Under the pieces are notes generated by a model that saw nothing but the letters and a program-made list of their open reading frames with translations, did not search any database and was not told the DNA's origin. Of a stretch of DNA of 64,000 nt, positions 40,091 to 52,858 are shown piece by piece; within the stretch, counting starts at the first letter, position 1, and each line of letters starts with the position of its first letter. Both the position numbers and the translations under genes were made by a program. The stretch is from Octopus vulgaris (lineage: Eukaryota). Location: the NCBI GenBank assembly GCA_951406725.2, contig OX597827.1, forward strand, positions 31,558,001-31,622,000. Direction: 5' to 3'.

Positions 40091-42090
40091 ATCATCATCA
40101 TCATCATCATCATCATCATTTAACGTCCGCTTTCCATGCTAGCATGGGTTGGACGGTTCAACTGGGGTCTGGGGAGCCCGAAAGTTGCACCAGTCCAGTC
40201 AGATCTGGCAGTGTTTCTACAGCTGGATGCCCTTCCTAACGCCAACCACTCCGAGAGTGTAGTGGGTGATTTTATGTGCCACCGACACAGGTGCCAGACG
40301 AGGCTGGCAAACGGCCACGCTCGGATGGTGTTTTTTATGTGCCACCGACACAGGTGCCAGACGAGGCTGGCAGACGGCCACGCTCGGATGGTGTTTTTAT
40401 GTGCCACCGACACAGGTGCCAGATGAGGCTGGCAAACGGCCACGATCGGATGGTGCTTGTTACATGCCCACAGCACGGAGGCCAGTCGATGCAGTACTGG
40501 CTACGGCCACGTTCGGATGGTTTTCTTGTGTGCCACGTGCCACCGGCACTGGTACCACAAAGATACAAATTCCATTGATGTTCATCTATTTTGATTTGTT
40601 TTGATTTGATTTTCACTTGCCTCAACAGGTCTTCACAAGTGTCACAAGAAGGAAGGTATGCACAGGTGGACTGACTACGTCCCAGGTAGGGGCCATGGGT
40701 TATGGCCTGACTAGTCTTGCCGGGTCTTCGGATGGTGTTTTTATGTGCCACCGACACAGGTGCTAGATGAGGCTGGCAAACGGCCACGATCGGATGGTGT
40801 TTGTCATGTGCCCACCGCACTGACTACAGCACTGATGGATTTCTTGTGTGCCACAGGCACTGGTACCACAAGATACAAATTCCATTGATGTTCATCTATT
40901 TTGTCTATTTTGATTTGATTTGATTTGATTTTTTGATTTTCACTTGCCTCAACCGGTCTTCACAAGTGTCACAAGAAGGAAGGTATGCACAGGTGGACTG
41001 ACTAGTCTTGCCGGGTCTTCGGAAGGTGTTTTTATGTGCCACCGAAACAGGTGCCAGATGATGCTGGCGAACGGCCATGATCGGATGGTGTTTGTTACGT
41101 GCCCACAGCACGGAGGCCGGTCGATGCGGAACTGGCTACGGCCATGTTCGGATGGTTCTCTTGTGTGCCACCGGCACTGGTACCACAAAGTGTGTGCCAC
41201 CGGCACTGGTACCACAAAGATACAGATTCCATTGATGTTCATCTATTTTGATTTGTTTTGATTTTGATTTTGATTTTCACTTGCCTCAACAGGTCTTCAC
41301 AAGTGTCACAAGAAGGAAGGTATGCACAGGTGGACTGACTACGTCCCAGGTAGGGGCCATGGGTTATGGCCTGACTAGTCTTGCCGGGTCTTCGGATGGT
41401 GTTTTTATGTGCCACCGACACAGGTGCTAGATGAGGCTGGCGAACGGCCACGATCGGATGGTGTTTGTCATGTACCCACAGCACGGAGGCCAGTCGATGC
41501 GGTACTGGCTACGGCCACTTTCGGATGGTTTTCTCTTGTGTGCCACCGGCACTGGTACCACAAAGATACAAATTCCATTGATGTTCATCTATTTTGATTT
41601 GTTTTGATTTGATTTTGATTTTGATTTTCACTTGCCTCAACAGGCCTTCACAAGTATCACAAGGAGGAAGGTATGGACAGGTGGACTGACTACGTCCCAG
41701 GTAGGGGCCATGGTTTATGGCCTGACTAGTCTTGCCGGGTCTTCGGATGGTGTTTTTATGTGCCACCGACACAGGTGCTAGATGAGGCTGGCGAACGGCC
41801 ACGACCGGATGGTGTTTGTTATGTGCCCACAGCACGATGGCCAGTGATGCGGTACTGACTACGGCTACGTTCGGATGGATTCTTGTGTGCCACCGGCATT
41901 GGTACCACAAGCGGTACTGACTACGGCCACGTTCGGATGGATTCTTGTGTGCCACCGGCACTGGTACCACAAAGATACAAATTCCATTGATGTTCATCTA
42001 TTTTGATTTGTTTTGATTTTCACTTGCCTCAACAGGTCTTCACAAGTGTCGCAAGAAGGAAGGTATGTACAGGTGGACTGACTACGTCCC
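40090..42090 (-). mobile_element. Multimerised RTE 3' UTR (five tandem blocks of roughly 310-410 bp) ending in a (GAT)n tail
   Basis: Block ggtaccacaaagatacaaattccattgatg...caggtggactgact recurs at about 40550, 40860, 41205, 41550 and 41960; homologous to 51860-52270. Confidence 0.85.
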
Positions 42091-42365
42091 GGCTGTGCAA
42101 AATGCTTTGTGGTATTTCGTCCATCTTTACATTCTAAATTCAGTTTCCACCGAGGTCAACTTTGCTTTGCTTTCAGGATTGATGGAACAAGTATCAGTTG
42201 ATCACTGGGGTTGATATATTTTATTTGCCCACTCCCACGAAATTGCTGGCCTTGTGCCAATATTTGAAACCAATTTATCTATCAAGTACCAGGTAAATAA
42301 TGGCAGAGTTATTTTTACTAAATTCTTCATTGCTTTTAAAATTGATTGAAACAAAGGCAGAGTAT

Positions 42366-42689
42366 GGAGTAAAGATTATTTGCCAACATAACATGGCAGT
42401 CCTGGTTTAGGACGAATGTTGCTGCAATTTAGCCCCAGGAAATATTGCCTCCAGCTGGCTATACAACATGATCTATGTCCTTATATTTTCAAACAAGGAC
42501 ATCTAGCACCCCCGCTCAGCTCAAAACAATATCTGTTGGGGTGCTAGATTCCCTTGTTCGAAAATATAAGGACACAGATTGTGTCATATAGCCAGCTGGA
42601 GAAGATGTCTCCTGGGGCTAAGTTACAGCAACATTCATCTTAAACCAGAACTGCCATGTTATGTTGGCAAACAATCTTTACTTTACTCC
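42366..42689. repeat. Inverted repeat (arms ~150 bp) related to the tail of the 352-nt HHR element
   Basis: 42366-42513 is the reverse complement of about 42538-42689; contains tagccccaggaa...ctccagctggcta...tgtcc. Confidence 0.85.
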
Positions 42690-43422
42690 AAAGTGCTGTT
42701 GCTGAATATCTCTCGTTGTGAGATTTACAAATAGTAATTTTCTAAAGGCAGGGTATTTTAACAGAATTATGGCAACAAAAAGGATAAAAGAATAGAGAGA
42801 ATGTTGGGTAGAGAAGACTCTTTAACTCATACCAAGGAGAAAGGAGCCACCTTGGTGCCACTGCAATAGGGAATTGGACCCAATACTCTGTAAAATGGTT
42901 GGTGAACAGAGGCAATGAAGAATAGAGAAAATTCTTTAGTATAGTTGAGAATATGGTCACTTCTCTAATGTTCTTCCGTAACATGCAGCCAGAGTGAAAA
43001 GGTTGACAATAAGAAAGACATCCAGCCATAGAAACCATGTGTTGTACGAGTAAGATTAGTTCCATAATCTTTCCAAGACGGCAGGAACTTCAAATAAGCT
43101 TGGACCAAGCAAACCTCTCCAACTGATCTTCCATCTTTTACTTGTTTTAGTCATGAGACTGTGGCCATACTGGAGCACTGCTTTGAAGAATTTTAGTCGA
43201 ATGAATCAACCCCGGTTTATGTTTATCTTCAGCCAGGTACTTATCCTCTTTTACTAAACTGCCAAGTTACAGGGATGTAAACACATAAACAACAATTGTC
43301 AGTAAGTGGTGAGGGACAAACACAGACACATGTACATACATACATACATACACATACACACACATATATATATATAAATAAATATATATATATATATATG
43401 AATATGTATGTATATATATCTA

Positions 43423-43468
<46 letters not shown>

Positions 43469-43540
43469 CTATCTATCTATATATATATATTTTTTATTTT
43501 ATCTAGTTTCAGCTCACGAGCTGTGGCCATGCTGGGGCAC

Positions 43541-43579
<39 letters not shown>

Positions 43580-43582
<3 letters not shown>

Positions 43583-43960
43583 CTACAGGAGAAATAAAAA
43601 CCAAGGCAGAACGAGTATCTCAAGACATTTAGAATATAATTTGATTAGGGTAAGGTGAATTTGAAGTTGTACAGCTGCTTCTAGTATAACCCAAGTGTTT
43701 GGTTAGCATATCCGTGCACTGGGTATTCCGTCATTAGAGACAAGGTAGGGATATTTTACACAAGGAAAATTTACAGTTTACAAGGAATAAAATTCACAGT
43801 TTATAAGGAATAAATAAGAAGAATAAAGTAGTATTCCTTTCTGTTGAAGAGCATATACGAAACGTAAAAGACTTCCTCACTTTCCCAAGCATCAAACTAA
43901 TACACCTGCTTGTTGTTCATACATCTGTCTCCATCTTTGTTTTCCTGTAAATTTCAGCTA
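43580..43960. mobile_element. (TA)n-flanked pair of PLE-like tails with decayed HHRs (about 43665-43742 minus; 43837-43872 plus)
   Basis: Minus: CTAATGA...GAAGC-agct-GTA. Plus: cttt-CTGTTGA-agagc..-GAAACGT-A-aaag. Confidence 0.6.
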
Positions 43961-46236
43961 TATATATAAATAGACATACATATATGACGGGCTTCTTTCA
44001 GTTTCTGTCAACCAAATCCACTCGCAAAGTTTTGGTTGGCCTGAGGCTACAGGAGAAGAAACTTGTCAAAGATTCCAAGCAGTGGAACTGAACCCAGTTC
44101 CATGCAGTTGGGAAGCAAACTTCTTACCACACAGCCATGCCCGCACCTATGTCATCAACCTACATTTCATTAAATGGCTCCACATAAAACAAAAATAAGA
44201 CGCTTTATAAACAAGTACTTCTAATGCATGTTTGTGTGTGTGTCTGTGTGTGTATGCATGTGTGTGTGTGCATGTTAGATTGTGTTGCAAGTCTCAGCAT
44301 GAATAAACAAATATATAATTAAATAAATAAACAAACAAAAGAATACTTATTAAAATTTACTTAATAACATGCAACAAAGTTGATTAAATAACGGGTCTGA
44401 CCTTAATCTAATTATGTCTCTGTAATGTAATATGGACATATTTATGGCCTCGTAATCCTTCGCTCATATGAAATAAAGGGTTGTTTGCATACAAGTGCCA
44501 TAAAATATAGAGAGAGACTAACTTACTATCTTTTACATTCAACTGGTGAAATATCTTGAATTTGACTATTGTTAACTTTATGGTCTTTATGGCCTTCCAT
44601 ATTTAACTGGTGACACAGAATATCTTGAATATAACTAGTGGTGACTTTGTGGTCGTCCATATTCAATTGGTAACAGAAAATATTTTGAGCCCAATTATTT
44701 GGCACCTCCGAGACCCCCTTCGGTCATGAATGACCATGGGATTGCACCTAGAAAGTTACCCTCCAAGGCACAAGTCTGGGCAAGGTTGTTTATAGAAGAC
44801 CAGCAGTCGCCCATGCATACTGGCCTCCCCTCTCCATGCCACCAATGTTATCCAAGGGAAAGGCAAAGGCCGATACAACATGGCATCAGTGACGTTACGA
44901 CTCATTTCTACAGCTGAGTGAACTGGAGCAACGGGAAATAAAGTTTCTTGCTCAAGAACACAACATGCATCGGTTGGGATTCGAACTCACAACCTCGCGG
45001 TCGTAAGATTGTTGCTCTAGCCACTGAACCAGGTGCCTTCACTTTGGCACCTATAAACTCCCATATACTATGGTAACCAGTTGTAACATAAAATATGTTT
45101 AAATCCAGTAAATGGTGAAAAGGGTCCTCCATACTTAATTGGAGATACAGTCTAGATTTAATCTGTGGTGAGTTTTATGGTCATCCATATTCAACAGGTG
45201 GCATACAAGATTGTAAATCCATAAAACAGTATGTTAAGTCTCCCATATTTAACTGATTACATAAAATAATGCCTATGGTCTCTCATATTTAATTAATGAT
45301 GAGTGGCTGTGTGGTAAGTAGCTTGCTCACCAACCACATGGTTCCAGGTTCAATCCCACTGCGTGGCACCTTGGGCAAGTGTCTTCTACTACAGCCTCAG
45401 GCCAACCAAAGCCTTGTGAGTGGATTTGGTAGACGGAAACTGAAAGAAGCCTGCCGTATATATATGTGTGTATATGTGTGTGTGTATGCGTACGCGTGCG
45501 CATATGTATATGTTTCTGTGTCTGTCTTTGTCCCCCCCCCCCACCATCGCTTGACAACTGATGCTGGTGAGTTTACGTCCCCATTACTTAGCGGCTCAGC
45601 AAAAGAGACTGATAGAGTAAATACTAGGCTTACAAAGATTAAGTCCTGAGTATGATTTGCTCAGCTAAAGGTGGTGCTCCAGCATGGCCGCAGTCAAATG
45701 ACTGAAACAAGTAAAAGAATAAAGAATCCAATCAGTCTCCCTTAATTAATTAATTAATTAATTAATTAATGACATAAATGATCTTAAATCCAAACAGAGG
45801 TAAATTTATGATCCTTTATATTTAATTGGAGGATCATAAAATTGTTTAATTTGTGAATTAAATTGGTGACTAAGAATGTCTGAAATGAAATTGAGAGTAA
45901 CTTGAGAGTAGGGGTTCCCAACCACATGGATTTTAGTTCAGTACCATTGTGTGGTACATAGAACAAGTGATTGCCCCAGCATGGCCGCAGACACATGACT
46001 AAAACAAGTAAAAGAATAAAAAAATATATATTTTTTTCATTTACTTGCTTCAGTTATTTGACTGCAGCCATGCTGGAGCATCACCTTTAGTCGAATAAAT
46101 TGACTCCATGACTTCTTCTTTGTGAGCCTAGTACTTATTCTATCAGTCTCTTTTGCCAAACCGCTAAGTTATGGGGACGTAAACACACCAACATTGACTG
46201 TCAAGTGATGAAGGGGGGACAAACACAGACACACAA

Positions 46237-46299
<63 letters not shown>

Positions 46300-46319
46300 T
46301 ACATATATATATATATCAC

Positions 46320-46478
46320 CAGGATAGATTGGTAGCCACTACACATCCTTTATTTTCTCTCCTTGTTTCTTTCTGTGTCCCTTTCTGTAGAAGAGTGTAG
46401 GCTTGAAACATAAAAGACTTTTTCAATTCCTGAGCGTTATACTAATACATCTGTTTGTTTTGTACACCACCTGTCTTG
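46320..46478 (+). mobile_element. Solo 3' tail of the Neptune PLE family with variant HHR (46381-46418)
   Basis: Homologous to the reverse complement of about 56060-56220; cttt-CTGTAGA-a-gagt gtag gctt-GAAACAT-A-aaag; begins next to (TA)n. Confidence 0.7.
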
Positions 46479-47276
46479 TGTGTGAAGCTTCTTTCAGTTT
46501 CTGTCTACCAAATCCACTCACAAGGCTTTGGTCAGCCTGAGGCTATAGTAGAAGATACTGAACCCAGGACCATGTGGCTTGGAAGCAAGTTTCTTACCAC
46601 ACAATCACTCCTGTGCCATATATATCAAATCATTGCTATCATATTTTTTAATGTTTCTCTTCCATGCTGGCATTGGTTGGATGGTTTGACAGGAGCTGAT
46701 GAGGTAGAGGGCTTTGTTGTGCTCCAATGACTGTACTGAGTGCATTGTTTTTACTGCCCAACCACTCACACGTGTATGTGTGTGTGTGTGTGTGTCTGTG
46801 TCTCTGTGTGTGCGCATATGCATGTATGTATGTAATCCTCATTTTTATGCCCATTTTACCATGCCTGCCTCAGGTTGGAGAGAATTATATTGAGGCCTCT
46901 TCTCTCCAGACAAATGCCCTTCCTGTCACCAACCCTCATCTGTTTCCAAATAAAGTGATATTTCCCCATGACCAGACAAATTTTCAGGGAACATTACGAA
47001 AAGACGACACTGCTTGCATGTCAGTGACACAACTTTACAACTATCATACTATATCAAAGCAAGGAGAAAGTGCCACCTGCCTCTCATATATACATATAAA
47101 ACAGGCTTCTTTCAGTTTCTGTCTACCAAATTCACTCAAGGATTTTGTTGGCCTGCAGCTATAGTAGAAGACACTAGCCCAAGGTACCACACAGTGGGAA
47201 TGATCCTGGAACCATGTGGTTGGAAAGCAAACGTTTTACCGTACAACCATGCCTGCACCTATTAGGCCACACCTGC

Positions 47277-47334
<58 letters not shown>

Positions 47335-47798
47335 GTATATACACACATATTCATACACATACATTATAAACACATCTATTTATCTATCTATCTATCTGTC
47401 TATCTGTCAATCAATTTATCTACCTATCTATATACACACACAGATATTTGCGTAGATATATATATATATAGAAGCATTCAAGAACACATACACATATGAT
47501 GGTAATGACGACGACGACGACAGCATCTTTACAAATGATTGCAGTCTTGTTTCTCCATTGTCATCCTCTCCGCATCCATGACTTCATAAATGAGGTTTTA
47601 GATAAGCTACAGATCTGCAGTTTGTAGCACAAGTGTTGCATGACAGTTGTGCATATATATACATACATAAATTAAATATGTATGTATGTACGTATGTATG
47701 TGTGTGTATGTATGTATGTATGCATGTATGTATGTATGTGTATATATATATATATATACACACATACATACATATATATACACATACATACATATATT

Positions 47799-47840
<42 letters not shown>

Positions 47841-47879
47841 TACATACACATATATACACATACATACATATATATATAC

Positions 47880-47930
<51 letters not shown>

Positions 47931-48074
47931 AAGTATGGGGGTTTAGTTCACAGGTGATCTAAACAATTAGGTATACTAGGTAAGTACTGTAATGGATTAC
48001 TGGGGCTGCAAGGTTATAGCTGAGACAGTAGTTATGGAGCCATTGCAAATTTCCAATGCAGTGGATAGTTAAAC

Positions 48075-48592
48075 AAGACGTCAAACATTAAGGCAAGGCT
48101 AACATCTCAATTCATATACAATATTATTATAGGAAGAAATTCAAAATCTTACAGCTGTTTCTGGGATATCCTCGAGTATGGGCTATTCCATCATCAGAGA
48201 CAAATTGGGGAGAAAATATATGGAAAATTAGAATAGAATATATCAATAAGATGACAACATAGAGGAAGGGAGTAAAAGAATAAGGAGATGGAAAGAGAAA
48301 AAAAAAATGAGGCATAAAAGTTCATAGTTCAACTTTCCGAAGTTATATACCATTCTTTTACTTCCATCTCCTTATTCTTTTACTCCTTTTCTCTATGCTG
48401 TCATCTTATTGATATATTCCATTCTCATTTTCCATATTTTTTCTCCCCAATTTGTCTTCTGATGACGGGAGTATGGGAATATCTCATACTCGAGGATATT
48501 CCAGAAACAGTTGTAAGATTTTGAATTTCTTCCTATAATAATATTGTATATGACTTGAGATGTTTCCCTTGCCTTAATGTTTGACATCCTGT
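48075..48592. mobile_element. Inverted-repeat element with two outward-facing HHRs (48146-48201 minus; 48454-48519 plus)
   Basis: Arms about 48075-48295 and 48360-48592; gtct-CTGATGA-tggaata..tatccca-GAAAC-AGCT-GTA-agat. Confidence 0.8.
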
Positions 48593-49547
48593 TTATCAAT
48601 TTTATATACATATATATATATATACATATATATATATTTCATGGTAGCATGGAAAACATTGGATGTAATAACAAATGAATTATCTCCTAACGACTTCTTA
48701 AAAGTAAATTCCTCCTCAAGTGTTTTGTTCAATGTTCCAGTTTCCATTTCTACCATAATAAAATTAGCAAGAAAAAGGAAATTTAAAATACTGTTTTCAT
48801 CACATTATCCTTATTACAAGTTTCAATAACAATAAAAAGAAGAGAGAGTTAGCAGTGAAGTCAAATGGTAGAAATGGCAGACAGAGTTTATATAACTAAT
48901 CTTTAGCACACAGTAGATGCATCATGTCACCATATGAGTTTTCTCCTCTGTAGCAACAGGCAGTTGCAAGGGAAACAATTCTAGAAAAAATGCAGTTACT
49001 AAAGGTTAACAAGGTAATAGTGAATGCTCAAAGTTGAAGATCAAGGCGTCAGTGAAGGAAGTCATTAATATATTCCAAAATAATATTTCTAATGAATAAA
49101 TTAGATTATCCATGTAATCTTTAAGTCTATTTGGTTGTTTGCCTCTTTGACAATAGACAGAATTGTCTTGCTAGAATCCATATTACTACAATTTTTTTTT
49201 TCTTTTTGTGTTATTAGCAAAAAGAAAAAAAAACATGGTTTTTTTTATATACACATTTGATTAAATTTTCTCTCTTTTAATTTTTCTTTTAATCAAAGAC
49301 TCCTTAATATTCATACATATCTACCATTTCAATCTAGTTGGATCTCTTCAGTACAAAGTAGTTTGGAAATAGAAATCTCGATTAAATTATTATCATTTTT
49401 ACAGGAAGAGGAGAAAGTACCAGAAGGTTTGTACCAGGAGTACTTCCTTAGGATAAAAACACCACTATTCTCAGTACATTTGCAGTATAAGGGAGAGATA
49501 AATAGGTAGACAGATATGAAGAAATAATGAAGTAGTAGTAGTAGTAT

Positions 49548-49598
<51 letters not shown>

Positions 49599-50419
49599 CA
49601 GTAGCAGCAGCAGCAGCAGTAGTAGTAGCAGAAGTAGTAGCAGCAGCAGCAGTAGTAGTAGCAGCAGTAGCAGTAGTAAACTCAACATGGAATTTAGATA
49701 CATGTGCAGATGTTACCAGAACAATGCAGTTATCTATGTGCTTCAGTGGAAAGGGTTAAACTCCATGGCAGTCACTGTGCCACCAAAGGCACTTAGTCCC
49801 TTCAGATAAAATGTCAACTACAGAGACAGAACCTGTTTGATGATCAAAGACAACAATATGCAACACATTTTAAAGGTTATATTTAGTGACATTACGATAA
49901 GCCAATGTGTGTGTACTTAACTCTTTCTGTCTGTATATATGTGTGCGTGTAAGTATGTGCATGCAAATATACATTTAAAAGTTAATGCACACACACACAC
50001 ATGTATATATCAATATATATATATATATATAGGCACAGGAGTGGCTGTGTGGTAAGTAGCTTGCTTACCAACAACATGGTTCTGGGTTCAGTTCTACTGC
50101 ATGGCACCATGGGCAAGTGTTTTCTACTATACCCTCAGGCTGATCAAACCCCATTGTATATATATGTGAGTGTGTGTGTTTGGGTGTCTGTGTTTATCCT
50201 CCCACCATCGCTTGACAACTGATGGTGGCGTGTCAAAGTATTCGTAATCTAGTGGGTCAGCAAAAGTGACCGATAGAATAAGTGATAGGCTTGCAAAGAA
50301 TAAGTCCTGGGATCGATTTGCTCAACTAAAGGCGATGCTCCAGCATGGCCACAGTGAAATGGCTGAAACAAGTAAAAGAATAAAAGAATATACATAAATA
50401 TATATATAAACAATTACAT

Positions 50420-50590
50420 CATGGAAAGTGTTTATAAGCCATTTAAAAGCACACAAAAACCGTTAGATTCACTTCAACCTTTAAATTTAAAAAGCGATGG
50501 AAATAATTTGACAAATTAAATTTAAATGTTGAAGTGAATCTAACAGTTTTTTGTGTGTTCTTAAATGGCTTATAAACACCTTCTACGCTG
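50420..50590. repeat. Short foldback (arms ~65-80 bp) between (TA)n tracts
   Basis: gtgtttataagccattta...ttaaatttaa mirrored by ttaaatttaa...taaatggcttataaacac. Confidence 0.8.
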
Positions 50591-50665
50591 CAATTGTTTT
50601 TATTTCAGTACATGATCTAGGTCAGGTCAAGTGCATCACTGTAATGTGTATATATATATATATGT

Positions 50666-51262
50666 ATCAGAGATATTAAATTTCTAAATATCTCATAGAG
50701 ATATGTACGGTGGTGGGGCAATAGAATAGTTGTATACTGTCAATTTAACGTGACAGTAGGGGATTACACCACCACTGTTTAGCCCTAGGAAGCATCGACA
50801 CTTCCTGTCGGCTTCAACACATTTCCTGTGTCCTTATATATTTACAAAGGGGAGACAAATATCCCCAACAGCTAGGCTTGCATCTACAGACACGCATGTT
50901 TCAGGATCTTTGCCCATCATTGGTCTAGAGTAGCAGAAGCCTGCTAGGTGCAGATATCTGTCTCGACTTTGTAAATATATATATCTAATTTTCAGTGAAG
51001 TTTATTCACTGATCACCAAAATCAGAAATATTAAATTTCTAAATATCTCATAGAGATATGTACGGTGGTGGGGCGATAGAATGATTGTATACTGTCAATG
51101 TAACATGACAGTAGGGGATTACACCACCGCTGTTTAGCCCTAGGAAGCATCGACGCTTCCTGTCGGCTTCGACACATTTCCGACAGGAAGCGTCGATGCT
51201 TCCTAGGGCTAAACAGCGGTGGTGTAATCCCCTACTGTCATGTTACATTGACAGTATACAAC
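50666..51262 (-). mobile_element. Terminally redundant 355-nt unit + inverted arm, decayed HHR at about 50884-50930, in (TA)n
   Basis: 50666-50825 repeats at 51021-51180; 51181-51262 is an inverted copy of about 51083-51165; minus strand aga-CCAATGA...GAAAC-atgc-GT-G-tct. Confidence 0.8.
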
Positions 51263-51439
51263 AATTCTATATATATGTATATATATATATTTTTTTTTTA
51301 TTCTATGTAAGCCTACTACTTATTCTATCAGTTTCTTTTGCCGAAACGCTAAGTTACGGGGATGTAAACACACCAGCATCAATTGTCAAGGGATGTTGTG
51401 AGGGACAAACACAGACACACATACATACATATACAACCA

Positions 51440-52270
51440 TGTAGCATGTACAAACTGCCATGCTACATGGTAGTGAAACATGGGCTGTGACTGCTGAGGA
51501 TATGCGTAAGCTCGCAAGAAATGAAGCCATGATGCTCCGATGGATGTATAATGTTAGTGTTCATACTCGACAGAGTGTAAGTACCTTGAGAGAAAAGCTG
51601 GACCTAAGAAGCATCAGTTGTGGTGAGCAAGAGAGACGTTTGCGCTGGTATGGTCATGTGGCGAGAATGGATGATGATAAGTGTGTGAAAAAGTGCCACA
51701 CCCAAGCGGTTGAGGGAACCTGCGGAAGAGGTAGACCCAGGAAGACCTGGGACGAGGTGGTGAAGCACAACCTTCTAACATTAGGTCTCACCGAGGCAAT
51801 GACTAGTGACCGAGACCTTTGAAAATATGCTGTGTGTGAGAAGACCCAGCAGGACAAGTGAGACCATAACCCGTGGCCTTTACCTGGGATGTAGCCAGTC
51901 CACTTATGCATACCTTTCCTCCTTGGGACACAAAACTCTGCTTGCGAAGACCTGTTGAGGCAAGCGAAATCGAAATCGATCAAAGAATCAATAGAAATTG
52001 TAGTTGTGATGCCAGTGCTGGTGGCACGTAAAAAAGATCCATCTGAACGTGGCCGTTGCCAATGCCGCATCAACTGGCCTCCATGTCAGTGGCACATAAA
52101 AAGCACCAACCAATCGTGGCTGTCACCAGCCTCGCCCAGTACCTGTGCCACTGGCACATAAAAAGCACCCACTACACTCATGGAGTGGTTGGCGTTAGGA
52201 AGGGCATCTGGCTGTAGAAACACTGGCAGTATGGAAAACGGATGTTAAATGATTATGATGATGATGATGA
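51440..52270 (+). mobile_element. RTE-clade LINE 3' fragment (ORF end + 3' UTR + (GAT)n tail)
   Basis: HGSETW...MLRW...RRLRWYGHVARM...GRGRPRKTW. Confidence 0.92.
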
Positions 52271-52474
52271 TATATACATATAATGGGCTTCTTTCAATTT
52301 CCATCTACCAAATCCACTCACAAGGTTTTGGTTGGCCCGAGGCTACTTACCACACAGCCACTCCCGTGCCTATATATATATACACACACACACATACAAA
52401 CATACATATATACATACATACATTCATATATATATATATATGTGTGTATATATATACATATATATATGTATATA

Positions 52475-52524
<50 letters not shown>

Positions 52525-52531
52525 GCAAAAA

Positions 52532-52569
52532 CTGTTTGATGAATGGCAACGAGAAACTCAGAGTAACAG
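52532..52569 (+). ncRNA. Decayed hammerhead-like motif in an ~80-bp insert within (TA)n
   Basis: ctgt-TTGATGA-(no stem II)-GAAAC-TCAGA-GT-A-acag, followed by AATAAA. Confidence 0.4.
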
Positions 52570-52601
52570 ATTTTGTTGAATTTTCTGCTGCTTAAAATAA
52601 A

Positions 52602-52654
<53 letters not shown>

Positions 52655-52688
52655 ATCAAAAATAAGCAACAAGAATGACTCCGGTACT

Positions 52689-52774
52689 TTGGTACAATTG
52701 TTTCGCACTACAACATTTTATTAAAAGTTGTAAGTATTACAGCAGATTTAAGATGTTGAGTGCTCTTCAGCCAA
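52689..52774 (-). ncRNA. Type-I hammerhead ribozyme with extended stem II in an ~145-bp insert within (TA)n
   Basis: ttgg-CTGAAGA-GCACT caacat...atgttg t AGTGC-GAAAC-AATT-GT-A-ccaa. Confidence 0.85.
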
Positions 52775-52816
52775 TTATATAGGTAATTGTAACCTATATA
52801 TATTTATATATATACA

Positions 52817-52857
<41 letters not shown>

Positions 52858-52858
<1 letters not shown>

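Noticed and set aside
48574-48756. ORF MVEMETGTLNKTLEEEF... as a host coding exon
   Set aside because: Short, runs into (TA)n, no homology recognisable by eye
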